A stretch of 64,000 nt of DNA. It comes from Chiloscyllium plagiosum. Its lineage: Eukaryota. Positions 12,040 to 24,290 of the stretch are shown piece by piece. The DNA lies in the NCBI RefSeq assembly GCF_004010195.1, contig NC_057718.1:82214458-82278457 (forward strand), in the 5' to 3' direction. The position numbers and the translations under genes are program-made. Within the stretch, counting starts at the first letter, position 1; every line of letters begins with the position of its first letter. The notes beneath the pieces are model-generated. The model saw only the letters and a list, made by a program, of their open reading frames with translations. It was not told the origin of the DNA and did not search any database.

Positions 12040-13555
12040 ATTCAAAAAATGTTGGGGGACACAGGATCTAGTGAGTGGGAAGAACCGAATGAAATAGTGG
12101 AAATTTATGGGATTATAGATCAATAAATCCCCAGAACCCAATAATCCACATTCCAGTGTACTTAAAGAGGTGGCCCTAGTTTTAGTAGTCAGCTTTCAGG
12201 ATTCTATGGATCTGGAATAGTTCCAATGCATTGTAAGTAACATAACCCCATTATTTAAAAAAATGTTGAGAAAAAAACACAGGAAGTTATCGACCAGTTA
12301 GCCTAACATTAGTAGTAAGGAAAATGCTAGAGTCCATGATAAAATACAAGAGCACTTCGAAAACAGTGAGAGGACTGGACAAAATCAATATGGATTTACA
12401 AAAGGGAAATCATGCTTGACAAATTCACTGGAATTTTCAGAGAACGTAACCAGGAGAGCTATAAGGGATAGCAGTGGATGTATTTATGTAGACTTTCAGA
12501 AGGCTTTTGATAAGGTCCCACAGAAGAGATTAGCATGTAAAATCAAAACACATGGGTCTGGGATAGTGGACTGACATGGATAGGAATAAATGGTCATTTC
12601 CCAAGTGGCAGCCAGTGACTAGTGGGGCAATGCAGGGATCAGTGCTTAGATCCCAGCTATTCACAACATATATTAATGAGGCAACTATAGATAAACCATA
12701 GAAGGATGCACAGATGCTTCAGTGTGATTTGGACGAGTTATGATAGTGGGGAAATACATGGCTGATGATGTATAATGTGAATAAATGTGAGGCTATATAC
12801 TTCAGTAGCAAAAACAGGGAGATTACTGTCTGAATGGTGATAGATTGGGAAAGGGGGAGGTGCATCAAGACCTGGATGTCCTTGTACACCAGTTGCTTAA
12901 TGTAAACATGCAGGTGCAGCAGGTGGTGAAGAAGGCAACTGGTATGTTGGCTTCTAAAACAAGAGGATTTGAGTACAGGAGCGGAGATGTCTTCCTGCAA
13001 TTGTACAGGGCCTTCGTGAGACCACATGTGGAACATAATGTGCGGTTTTGGTCTCTTACCTGAGGAAAAACGTCTTGGCCATGGAGGGAGTACAACAAAA
13101 GTTTACCAGACTGACTCCTGGAATGGCAAGACTGACTTATGAAGAGAGACTGGATCAGTTAGGACTATACTTGCTGATGTTTAGAAGAGTGAAGGGGGTT
13201 CTAATAGGAAACTAAAATTCTAACAGGGTTAGACAGGATAAATGCAGGAAGGATGTTCTGATGATCAGGGAATTCAGAACTTAGGGTCACAATACAGGGA
13301 AGAACATTGAGGAAGAGACATTTCTTCACCCAGAGAGTGATAGGCCTATGGCATTTTCTGCTACAGAAAGCAGTCAAGACCAAAACATTGAATATTTTCA
13401 AGAAAGTGTTACATTCAGTTCTTAAGGCTAAAGAAATCAAAGGGTATGGGGAGAAAACAGGAACAAGGTACAGAGCTGGATGATCAGCCATGATCATATT
13501 GAATGACAGGCCAGCTTGAAGGGCCAAATAGCCCACTGCCTGTATTTTCTATGTC
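12040..13555 (+). mobile_element. Older CR1 LINE, RT to 3' end, decayed
   Basis: DFQKAFDKVPH-like segment near 12490; DLDVLVHQLL..QVQQVVKKA..LQLYRAFVRPH. Confidence 0.85.
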
Positions 13556-13578
13556 ATCTTCATGAATGTTAGCCAACT

Positions 13579-13897
13579 GGGCGGCACGGTGGCACAGTGG
13601 TTAGCACTGCTGCCTCACAGCGCCAGAGACCCAGGTTCAATTCCTGCCTCAGGCGACTGACTGTGTGGAGTTTGCACGTTCTCCCCGTGTCTGCGTGGGT
13701 TTCCTCCGGGTGCTCCGGTTTCCTCCCACAATCCAAAAGATGTGCAGGTCAGGTGAATTGGCCATGCTAAATTGCCCGTAGTGTTAGGTAAGGGGTAAAT
13801 GTAGGGGTAGGGGTATGGGTGGGTTGCGCTTCGGCGGGGCGGTGTGGACTTGTTGGGCCGAAGGGCCTGTTTCCACACTGTAAGTAATCTAATCTAA
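13579..13897 (+). mobile_element. Full-length young HE1-type SINE
   Basis: GGGCGGCACGGTGGCACAGTGG head with A and B boxes, CpGs retained, (AATCT)n tail. Confidence 0.93.
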
Positions 13898-13949
13898 TAT
13901 ATGCCTTTGTAACCAACTAGTTAGAAATGCTGTATGGCTGCGGATTCAG

Positions 13950-14480
13950 CCAGGTATAAGGTATATTTCCCTACATGCATATGGCTATCAAGGCTGCCAG
14001 AGACAAGGCAGCAGGCTTCATAATTGATTTCCACTAAATGTACAATATCACAAGTGGTTTCTTCAGGAGAGTGTAAGATGCCTGGGAAGCAGCAAAACAA
14101 GAGCTGACCCAAATGCTAGAGTTTTTCCCCTAAGCACCTTTTCAAGAAGGGACACTGGGTGACAAGGAATAAACACTGAAGACATTTCTAAAAATCTGTG
14201 AGGAAATAAAAACACAATGCAGAGAACAGATATAACAGGTGAAAACTCAAGTGACTACTGAACTATTCAAAGGGCTTCTGAGTGTGCAGTTCTGAAGCCT
14301 GGGTACATCTATTGGTGCTCTTCATGATATCTTAGTGAGGGTCTTGTGTATCATAGAGGGTTTCTGTGGTCTGCACAACCTGGCTCTACAGAGGAAAGAG
14401 CCATTGAACAATGGAGGTATTGTAGACCAAGATGCTTTCTATTATGAGGATATGGAGGAAGATGACAACTAGTTGCCAGA
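13950..14480 (+). mobile_element. PIF/Harbinger transposase relic
   Basis: Degenerate GDK(G)Y, E.RYN, K..F..L and CGLHNLALQR motifs followed by an acidic tail, read by eye across stops and frameshifts. Confidence 0.5.
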
Positions 14481-14507
14481 TTCTGCAAAATAAATCCTAG
14501 GGACCAC

Positions 14508-14790
14508 TTAGAATCCCTACAGTATAAAGCAGGCCACTCGAACTATTAGGTCCACACTGACCCTCCAAAGTGCATCCCACCTGGACCCACCCTTCCCTGT
14601 ACATTTCCCATGGCTAGTCCACCTAACCTGCACATCTTTGGACCATGGGAGGAAACTGGAACACCCAAGGAAACCGACACAGACACAGGGAGAATGTGCA
14701 AATTCCACACAGATGTGTTGCCCAAGAGCAGAATCAAACCCAGATCCCTGGCGTTGTGAGGTAGCAGTGCTAACCACTGAGCCACCATAC
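14508..14790 (-). mobile_element. HE1-type SINE, diverged
   Basis: Reverse-complement similarity to 13579-13897. Confidence 0.85.
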
Positions 14791-16347
14791 TGCCTTCATA
14801 TGCAAGTTTCCATGAGATATGTGTATGAGAAGGTGGGATCACACTTATACAGGAATGTTTCACATGATACTCTCTTACAGATCCATATAATGCAATAAAG
14901 TGTGCACATTTTGTAACCTGTTAGGGAAAAACAAACATATTAGAAGTAGGAATAGGCTGTTTGGCACCTCAAGTTTGTTCTGTCATTCAATAGATCATAT
15001 CTGATCTAATCTTAAACTCCCTTGTTAGTCAAGAAACAGGCCACCGATGCCTTATCACTTTCAATGACCTCATTTCTATTGCTCTATGGGAAAGAGAGTC
15101 TCCTAATTTCTGTCATAAATGGGGAGGCCCTTATTTTTAAATTGTACCCCACAAATGGTAACTCAGTGCCACTTCTTTAATTGATCTGACCATTTACCTG
15201 CACTCAATGAGATATTGGTGCATTCCCAATGCCACTCCTAATCTCACATGGTGTGGGCCATTTCACTACACCCTTGAGAGAGTCAGGATATACCTGTCAT
15301 CTAAACGCCCACCGGAAATGAAAGGACAACTCTTGCCTTATTTATTTGAGAGCAAACAAAATGCAAGGTTGTGTGCTTTCACAAAATATTAACCTATGAA
15401 CCCCAAGTGCAACTAGGTTCTTCTTAAAACTCTTAATATGCTACATGAACTGTCAGCTCAGGTGGAGTCAGGCCGCTGCCCTGTGACTGTTGCTGCTCAA
15501 CTTCATGGAGTTGATGATGGAATGGAGATCTGCGTGGATCTTGCTAGTGGTGTGCTGGACATCACTCTCCATAAGTCACCAGTTGCTCAATGGAAGAACC
15601 CAGAAATATTGGCACTTATGGCCCAGATGATCTCTTCATTGTCCATGCAAGGGTGGCACACACCTTTGGAAGCTCTGCCAGCTCATTCCCTAACTCGCAC
15701 TATAACTCCAACATCTGTGAACTGGCTGAGAACTATCCAGGCATTTCAGCAGTCAGAGGCTCAGTATCATCCTGGCCTCCTTTAGTCCAGCAATCGTCAG
15801 TCTTTTCAGCTGCCAAAGCCTCCATCATTTGTTCAGGCACATTTGTACTGTGCTCATCAGGTTGTGACCCCCATTAAAGTGCGAGTTTGTGCTGTTGTGC
15901 ATGACATCACAGTGCACCTCTGTGGTGATGTCAGTCTCCATGGTCAGGGTAGGAAGGTACTGAGCACTATTGCAAGTCTTGGCCCTTTCTTTGACATTGC
16001 ACATAGTGACCTCCTGCAAGCTTATAAAAGAACATTGTTAGTCCCCCCTGACAAAGATAATGCCTCTGCTGGTGGAAGCCTAACTGTTCCTATGGTACGA
16101 TAGGAATGGCTTCTTCAATATGTTCACTCAGATATAGACTTTGTTGCTCCTTAGCCATTCACTGAGAGCTACCAAGCCTTTTGCAGGCAATGCTGCTATG
16201 TGTCCCATTGCCACTGAATGGGTTTGATTTTTCCTTTTCTAGCACTCTGATCCATATACATTGTATAAAGTTCAAATCTAATACCTTACTGATCTAATAC
16301 TTCAAACAAATGGGGATTTATCTTGGAAGTGTTTTCATCCACTTGGG

Positions 16348-16690
16348 AACAAATAGACAAAGTATTTTCCCTGGGGTGGGGGAGTCCAGAACTAGAGGGC
16401 ATAGGTTTAGGGTGATGGGGAAAGATATAAAAGAGACCTACATGGAAACTTTTTCACACAGAGGGTGCTACGTGTATGGAATGAGCTGCCAGAGGAAGTG
16501 GTGGAGGCTGGTACAATTGCAACATTTAAGAGGCACCTGGATGGATATATGAAGAGGAAGGGTTTGGAGGGATACGGGCCAAGTGCTGGCAAGTGGGACT
16601 AGATTGGGTTGGGACATCTGGTCGGCGGGCACAGATTGAACTGAAGGGTCTGTTTCTATGCTGTACATCTCAATGACTCCATGACTCTCT
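16348..16690 (+). mobile_element. CR1 3' fragment
   Basis: ESRTRGHRFRV segment and (ATGACTCT)n tail. Confidence 0.9.
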
Positions 16691-17009
16691 ATATATGGTT
16701 ATTTCCCTAAGGTGTTTTTTTCCTGTTAACCATTGTGTGTTATCACTCTTTATTAATGATTAGTTAATTGTTAATGTTTAGTTCATTTAATCAATTCTCC
16801 AGGAATCTTGATACAGTTTCAGAACAGCTGGCTATAAACCCATTGACTGGGGATGCACTTAATGTAGTGACAAGCTTAGCACGTTGTAAGAATGCTCTTG
16901 TTCTGACATACCAATTAATACCAATCACGTACAAAAAAAAATGCTTAAATTGGTAGTGCACCAAACTGATGTTTGATATTGTTTTCTGCACAACTCAATT
17001 AAATGTACA

Positions 17010-17215
17010 GTAAAAACAGAAAATACTGGAATGCACAGCAAGTCTGGTAACATTTGAAAGGAGAGAAACATCTTTTCTCAGTACTGCCCAACAGTTCTGA
17101 TGAAAGACCACAGACCTGGAACGTAAACTTTTGTTTATCTCTCCACTGATGCTGCCAGGTCTACTGAGTTTTGTCAGCGCTTCCTGTTTTGATCTCAAAT
17201 TTCCAGCATTGGTAG
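17010..17215. mobile_element. Penelope-like terminal-repeat relic with inverted arms and a decayed hammerhead
   Basis: AAAAACAGAAAATACTGGA... is imperfectly inverted to ...GCGCTTCCTGTTTT; CTGATGA...GGAACGT at about 17097-17125. Confidence 0.55.
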
Positions 17216-17699
17216 CATTTCGCATTTTAAACTTCCAACAAACTTGCTCTTTTAAAATTCACCTCCATCGTCAATTCAAGTTAATTTCTCCAGAGACTCA
17301 GTTCTGCGTGGCGAAATTGCTAACGGTTTGAGACGTTGCATTTTTTCTTCTTCTTGTGTATCCGTGCAACAATTCAAAACAATATGTGCTTTAGCTGAGC
17401 TAAATCGCTACAACAAAACATCAACTGCCCAGCCATCTTTTGCCCCTAAAGGGGCGAACCAGAGCAACAGAGGACAGATATTCCTTGGCAGATGCAAAAG
17501 CCAAGGAATTCGGTGGTGTGGTTACTAGACTTAAAAAGAGTTGTACACCAGATTTCTCAACGGCTACTGTGAAGTTATTTGTACCACTTGTCAGTGTAAA
17601 CTTTACCGCGCCGATTTTAACAAAGGAAACTTACATTTTAACAATGATAGGCCAAGAGTTGTTCTGAGTGAACATGTAATATTAATAAAGTGAGTGGAG

Positions 17700-18809
17700 T
17701 TAGGAGATTTCCTCATTGTAACTGAAGGTTTCTGACCGAACACGGCAAGTCAGTTACTAGGCAAATCAGCCAGAGGGGAGCTTAAATACACAAACGTCGA
17801 CTCATCCCGTATACCGAGCAGTGTGCTTTAACCTAAGCAACGCCCTTGGCGGTTAAATATATGCAAATGTCCGCCGCTGCATGGGATCTGTGGCAAGGTC
17901 TGCCGTCAAATTTGAGTTTTGGAAGATCGTGCGGGGGGGGGAGAAGCTTCATAAACGTCTAACATTGTCGGCAGCGGACCGTTCCCCTCCCTCGTGGACG
18001 GGCCAGCTCTCGCACAGAGGATGGCTGATATGATCTCAGATTTCATCTTCATAGGAAGGGCTGCTTGCTGCAATGCCCTCCGAGGCATTCTCCGAGCCAG
18101 GTATGTGTGCATCCCCAGTGGTTCGAAGCAGGTAGTGCGCACACCCGTACAGCAGCCTCTTTTTTTTAAACACCCCCAGCAGGGGTGTCCGCAGTTTGAA
18201 CAACGGCTTGAAAGCAAAACATGGGGCAGGATGAGAGGACAGGGAAAGGGAAACCTTGAACGATTAAATGTTAACATTGCTCGGTCGGTTTGTGGTCATC
18301 TCTGTTCTCTTATTTCCTCAGGTGAACAAAGTCTCCTCCAGGTAATGTTGAAAAGAGAACAAAGGGTCTGCGCGTAGTTGGACGTTTTGCAAACCCTCGG
18401 TGTGCGAGAGAGGCAGGGAAACCAAGACGAAGCTGTACCAACCGGTCCAACAGGTACAAGGACTTGTTGACACCGTTATTTTCTCAGCACGCATGCGCCC
18501 TCCTAAATTTCCTGTTGTATTTTCAATTCCTGGAGCAAACTTTTTTTCCTGTTACGGCAAAGGTAGCTGGTCAGGTGAGAGTGGGGTTTAATCTGAACCC
18601 CCTCTCCCTGCCCCCTATATACACATACACACACCAAACAGTGCGTTCAGAGAGATTAAGGAGCAAAACAGCCGTCTGTTTTATGTGGAAAACACCTGGA
18701 ACTTGCTGAGGGAGGATCCGGTTCGGATGAAAAGGAAGGGGTCAGGTGGAAACAGGAGGGACTCCGGCTCCTTGTCTCCCCTCATCGCCGCCTGCCCGGT
18801 GCCTACACC
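17700..18809 (+). promoter_or_regulatory. OVOL2 promoter/5' UTR, CpG-rich
   Basis: Visibly CpG-enriched and TE-free. TATA-like TATATACA at 18616, octamer ATGCAAAT 17861-17868, NRF1-like ACGCATGCGC 18489-18498, clustered CAGGT[GA] boxes, AACCGGTC 18440, CCGTTA 18473. Confidence 0.75.
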
Positions 18810-18909
18810 ATGCCCAGAGCTTTCCTGGTCAAAAGAAAAGAGCCTTACCCGGAGATCCGAGACTGGAATGAGCTGCCAGACGAAGAGAGAGCCGACACCT
18901 ACATACCAG
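18810..18909 (+). CDS. OVOL2: OVO-like zinc finger TF, coding exon 1 (SNAG domain)
   Basis: Translates MPRAFLVKRKEPYPEIRDWNELPDEERADTYIP. SNAG motif at the N-terminus; W.ELPDE.RADTYIP is OVOL2-type. Donor G|GTAGCA at 18910, phase 1. Confidence 0.93.
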
Positions 18910-19699
18910 GTAGCAGGGAGAGTCTGAAAAGCGAACAGGTTAGACCAGGGTATGGAGGAGAGACAGAGGGAAGTTCAGAGAGTGGGAAGCAGAAACGGGG
19001 AGGGGAGGACAGAGAAGTCTAAACAATTTTTTTTAAAAAGTGCCTTCTCTATGGGATCATAGGATGGGGTTGTGTTCCAGACGCAGTACAAGGTGCAATC
19101 TCTCTCGAAAACTGAGAAGCAACGGACCAATTCATCCGCTCGCAAGGTTAAAAAACATCTTTTATTATGGAGACAGGCTTCCCTCTCCTGAGGAGGCACC
19201 ATACTTTGAAAACTCGTATTTTAGTTTAAAAGCATGCTCCCGGATTCAGGAATCCGGGGAGGGGAGGGGGTGGCAAACAAAAGATAGGCAGCATGTGTTT
19301 GCATGACAGGGTGTACTCAGCGTTCCTCCTGATTCCATCAGTCATCAACCTGTTAGCAGCACCCAGGCAGGCTCCGAGGTTTCCGAACGGGGCCTCACTG
19401 CTGCCTTTAGCTGCACCTTCCCAGTGTAAACATAACGGAACCCGAGCTCCGGCTCTCTCTTCCCACCACCGCTCTTTAAAAAGGGTATTATGTTGCATTC
19501 CTAACAGTCAAACGCTGATAAGACAGGCTTGCGGAGCCAGGCAACACCCCAAACTCAAACAAGCCAAGGAGGGAGGAAAAACAAAGTCTTAGTTCATTGT
19601 TTAAACTTGCCTAACACATGAGCTCCCCAACCATACACCCTGCTGGATGACCAGGCTATTGTGTAAAGTCTTTATTTTCTCTCTCTCTCTCTCTTTCAG

Positions 19700-19902
19700 T
19701 CAATTTGAGTTGCTTTCTGAGTTACGAAGAAGAAAGCAAGACCCAGGATCCACCACCCGGAACAACTGGTTTGGACAAACTGCTGAACGATTCAAGCGAG
19801 CCCCGCCTCCTCTACAAGACCGAACCGGACCAGGAGAATGCGGAGGAGCAAGTTCTGGCACCGGAATGCAAAAAGCGCAACGTCTTGCGAACGAAAATCA
19901 AG
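19700..19902 (+). CDS. OVOL2: OVOL2 coding exon 2
   Basis: (CT)n tract plus TTTCAG acceptor ending 19699. In frame with exon 1 (G+TC=Val), reads VNLSCFLSYEE...VLRTKIK. Donor AAG|GTGAGC at 19903, phase 0. Confidence 0.92.
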
Positions 19903-20847
19903 GTGAGCCGGCTCTCCTTAGACTCCGGTTAATCATTACAAGGCGAGATTAGCACAGAGAAAACCCACTTGGCCGGTGTACGGTACAAGACCCCGATTGA
20001 GAGCTATTGGACATGTAGACGAATAGTTTGAGAAAAATTACATTCGCTGCCTCCTTTAAATAGAACATAGCAAAAATATGGTCAGCAAAACGAAATTGTA
20101 TGATTCCAGTTTATACATTATTTTAACTACATTACAAACATGATTTCACGCCTGCATTATTTTAAATTCAACATAATGTATAAATTGAAGTCACTAAAAT
20201 GCACATTATTTCAGAATACTTAAATCAAGTGTAAAACAGTTATTTCAGATTACATTGTAATACATTGTGTAATAAACAAACATTACACTTTCAGACACCA
20301 TGTCTTGATACGTTATTTTTTCATGTTTAATTATTAACTTATGATGAGGCAGTATTTTGTATATAATGTACGTACTGTATGAAATTTAAAAGGCCCTGTA
20401 AAATTTACATTGTTATTGTGCACTGCCACCCTACTTGATTGATCAACATACTAACATAACAATCCTTTTTAAATGTACGATTAACATAGAGAAAGAGAAT
20501 TTGGATACTAGTAGGGGTATCAATTTATTTGAAATATAACGTTGATTTTTTTTCAGGGGAAGATGATCAAAAACTATCCTAGTTGCACAGCATATATTAC
20601 TCCGGTATCCAAAAGTCTTATTGCTTGCGGTATGCAAATGTAGTCAAATCCAAAAGTATTCAGTCAGGCATAGTCTAAAATCTGGAACAACTCCGGCAAG
20701 GTCACAATTAACTTGGTTTTTATTTCGACTTTATTTAGACAGTTATTTCAAAATTTCTGGGGCAAGGGAAGAACCCTATCGTGTTTTTTTTAAGTGCCTT
20801 TAGGGTCGCTCTATCTACGGGCGCTGCTGATCTAACGGTGTGTCTAA

Positions 20848-21141
<294 letters not shown>

Positions 21142-21229
21142 TGAGCATGGTGAATGATTCGAATAGCAGACAGGCATCGGTTACGGTGCCAAGGAGAGAA
21201 ATTGTTTCATAAATAAGAGATATTGCGTC

Positions 21230-22350
21230 GGACAGTATAGAAACAGGCCCTACGGCCCATCATGTCTGTGCCCGCTTACAAACTGCAAACTACACAAAAT
21301 GGATTCATTTACCTGCACCTGGGCCATAGCCTACTGTGCGCTGGCGTTTTAAGTGCTCATCCATGTGCATCTTAAAGCTTGTGAGAGTAGCTGCTTCCAC
21401 CATCCCCTCAGGTAGCATGTTCCATATGTCTACTGTTCTCTTGGTGAAAAATGCTTTCTCAGGTATCCTGTAAATCACTTGCTCCTCAACTTAATCTTAT
21501 GCCCTCTGATCTTAAACATGTACCCAAGGATTCTAAAAGTTTTGTTTAATAGCTGTTTCAATTTGACTGGCCACCTTCAGAGTTACAGGTTATAACTATA
21601 CAAGACATTGATAAAGCCATTATTGGAGTATGATTCTGGTTGCCCTCCTATATGAAGCATGTTATTAAACGGTAAAAGGTACAAAAGAGATTTGCAAAGG
21701 ATGTTACCAAGACTGGAAGGTTTGAGTCATTAAGGAGAGATTGGGACTTTACTGAGGCGTAGGGGTGATCTTGTAAAGGTTTACAAAATCATGAGGAGCA
21801 TAGATAAGGTGAATAGCGAAAGTCTTTCCCCCAGAATAGGTGGGTCAAAAACTAGAGGGCATAGATTTAAGGTGAGATGGGAAAATTTAAAAATTACCAA
21901 AGGGGCAACATTTTCACAGTGATATATGAACCCAGTTGCCAAAGGAAGGACCAATTCAGTTGAGGAAACCTCTTCGGCATGGAAGAGTTAGGCCATGCTG
22001 TATGACTATGACTCTAAAAGTCGAGGAGATTGGATCTCAACTCATTTGAGGTTGAAAGAACATTAAAGGGGCTTGAAAAGGTCATTGCTGAGATGTTGTT
22101 TCCTCTGCGGGTGAATCTAGAAAAAGATGGAGGTAAGTAGACATTTATTCTTCCAAAGCATTATTAATCTTTGAAATTCTTTAAAGAGAGCAGTAGAGGC
22201 AGGACCATTGAATATATTCAAGGCTGACAGCTTTTTGAACTATTACAGAGTCAAGGACACGAAAGTAGAGTTAAAGCCCCAATCAGGTCATATTGAAAAG
22301 CAAAGCAAATTTCAGAGGTTAAAGGCCCTCCACCTGTCTAATTTTCTGTG
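21230..22350. mobile_element. Cluster of old CR1 fragments in both orientations
   Basis: CR1 tail on the minus strand at 21230-21580; LYKTLIKPLLEY-type RT end on + from 21585. Confidence 0.7.
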
Positions 22351-22414
22351 TTAAATTGTGTTCCCTTTCACACTCTCACAATGCATCAAAACATTTTACA
22401 GTACTTTGAGAAAG

Positions 22415-24290
22415 TCAAAAAGCGTGGGACTGGAAAAGCACAGCAGGTCAGGCAGCATCCGAGGAGCAGGAGAGTTGATATTTTGGGCATGAGCCCTTCA
22501 TCAGGAATGTGGCAGGGGAAGGAGGATGAGAGATAAATAGAGTGGTAGAGCTGGGAAGGTGACACGTGAATGCAGATGGGTGGCGTAATTGCGATAGGTC
22601 AGTGGGGAAGTGTGGAACGGATGGTGGGAAGGAAGATGGACAGGTCAAGAGGTTGGTGCCAAGTTGAAGGGTTGGATCTGGGAGGAGAAGAGATTTGGAA
22701 ATGAATGAAGTTGATGTTGATGCCGTGTGGTTGAAGGATCTCAAAGAGGTGTTCTTTGATTTGGCAGTGGAGGAGGCCCAGGACTTGCATGTCCTTGGGG
22801 CAGGGGGAGTTGAAGTGGTCAGCCACAGGGCAATGGGGTTGTTTGGTGCGTGCATCCCAGAGATGTTCCCTGAAACGCTCTGTGAATTGGTATTCTGTCT
22901 CACTAATGTAGAGGAGACCACATTGAGAGCAACAATGCAGTAGCTAAGGTGGGTGGATGTGCAGGGAAATCTCTACTGGATGGGATTGTTGTGGGTACAG
23001 GTTTTTCACCTCCTGCGGTGGCAAGGGAAGGCACCAGGTGTGGAGGGTGGGTTGGTAGGGGCGTGGACCTAACAACAGAGTCACGGAGGGAATGGTCTCT
23101 GCAGAACAAAGATAGGGATGAGGAGGGAAATATATCCTTGGTGGTGGGTTCTATCCATAGGTGGCAGAAATGGCAGAGGATAATGCGCCGTATCCAGTAA
23201 TTAGTGGGGTGGAAGGTGAGGACCAGGAGATTAGATCCTTCTTGTGGTTGGAGGAGTGGGCTTTGAGGGTGGAGGTGCAAAAAGTGGTGGAGATGTGCTG
23301 GAGAGAATTGTTGATCATGTGGGAGGGGAAATTATGGCCCCTGAAATAGGAGGACATCTTGGCTGTCCTAGAGTAGAATTGCTCCTCCTGGGAGCAATAT
23401 AGCAGGGGGATTGGAAGTAAGGGATTGTGTTTTTACAAGAGGGAATGGGAGGAGGTGTAGTCAAAGTAGCTGTGGGAGTCAGTGGGTTTGAAATAGATGT
23501 CCATTTTGAGTCAGTCACCAGAGTTGGAGACGGAGAGGTCCAGGAAACGGGAGGGAGGTGTTGGAGGTGGACCATGTGAACTTGAGGTCAGAGTGAAAGC
23601 TATGGGTGAAGTTGATGAATCATTCAACATCCTTGCGTGAGCATGAGATGGCACTGATATAGTCATTGATGTAATGGAGTAAAAGGTGGGGGATGATAAC
23701 TATAGAAGATGGTCTGTTCCACATACCCTACGAGGAGGCAGGCATAGCTGGCCCATGTGGGTACCCATGGTTATCCCTCTGGTCTGATGGAAGTGGGAGG
23801 ATTCTAAGGAGAAGTTGTTGAGGGTGAGGACAAGTTCCGCCAATCAAATGAGCGTGTCAATGGAAGGAGATAGGTTAGGTTGGTGGGAGAGGAAGAAACA
23901 GAGGGCTCGTAGGCCTTTGCTGTTGGGGATGGACGTGTATAGTGATAGGATGTCCATGTTGGAGGCTGGGGAAACAAAAGTCTTGGAGGAGGTTGAGGGC
24001 ATCCTTGGTGTCCTGAACATATGTGGGGAGTCCCCGGGACCAAGGGGAACAGGACGGAGTTGAGATATGAAGAGATGGGACAGGAGCATGCGGAAACAAT
24101 AGGTCAATCAGGGCAGTCAGATTTGTGAATTTTGAGTAAGGTAGAATCAGGCGGTGCGGGGTCCGGGAACTGAAGTTGGAGACTGTGGATGGGAGATTGC
24201 CTGAGGTGATGAGGTTGTGGATGGTTTGGGAGGTGATGGTTTGATGGTGAGAAGTGGAGTTGTGGTCAAGTGGGTAGTAGGAGAAGGTGC
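22415..24290 (-). mobile_element. Penelope-like element (RT, GIY-YIG region, pLTR), decayed
   Basis: LPTYVQDTKDAL, MDILSLYTSIP, LVLTFHP and ADHFNSP motifs; terminal repeat with CTGATGA hammerhead remnant at 22471-22507. Confidence 0.88.

Noticed and set aside
13579..13650. tRNA-like A/B-box sequences
   Set aside because: SINE heads, not tRNA genes.
17906..18377. 123-127 aa ORFs in the promoter as separate genes
   Set aside because: No domain similarity; expected in GC-rich sequence.
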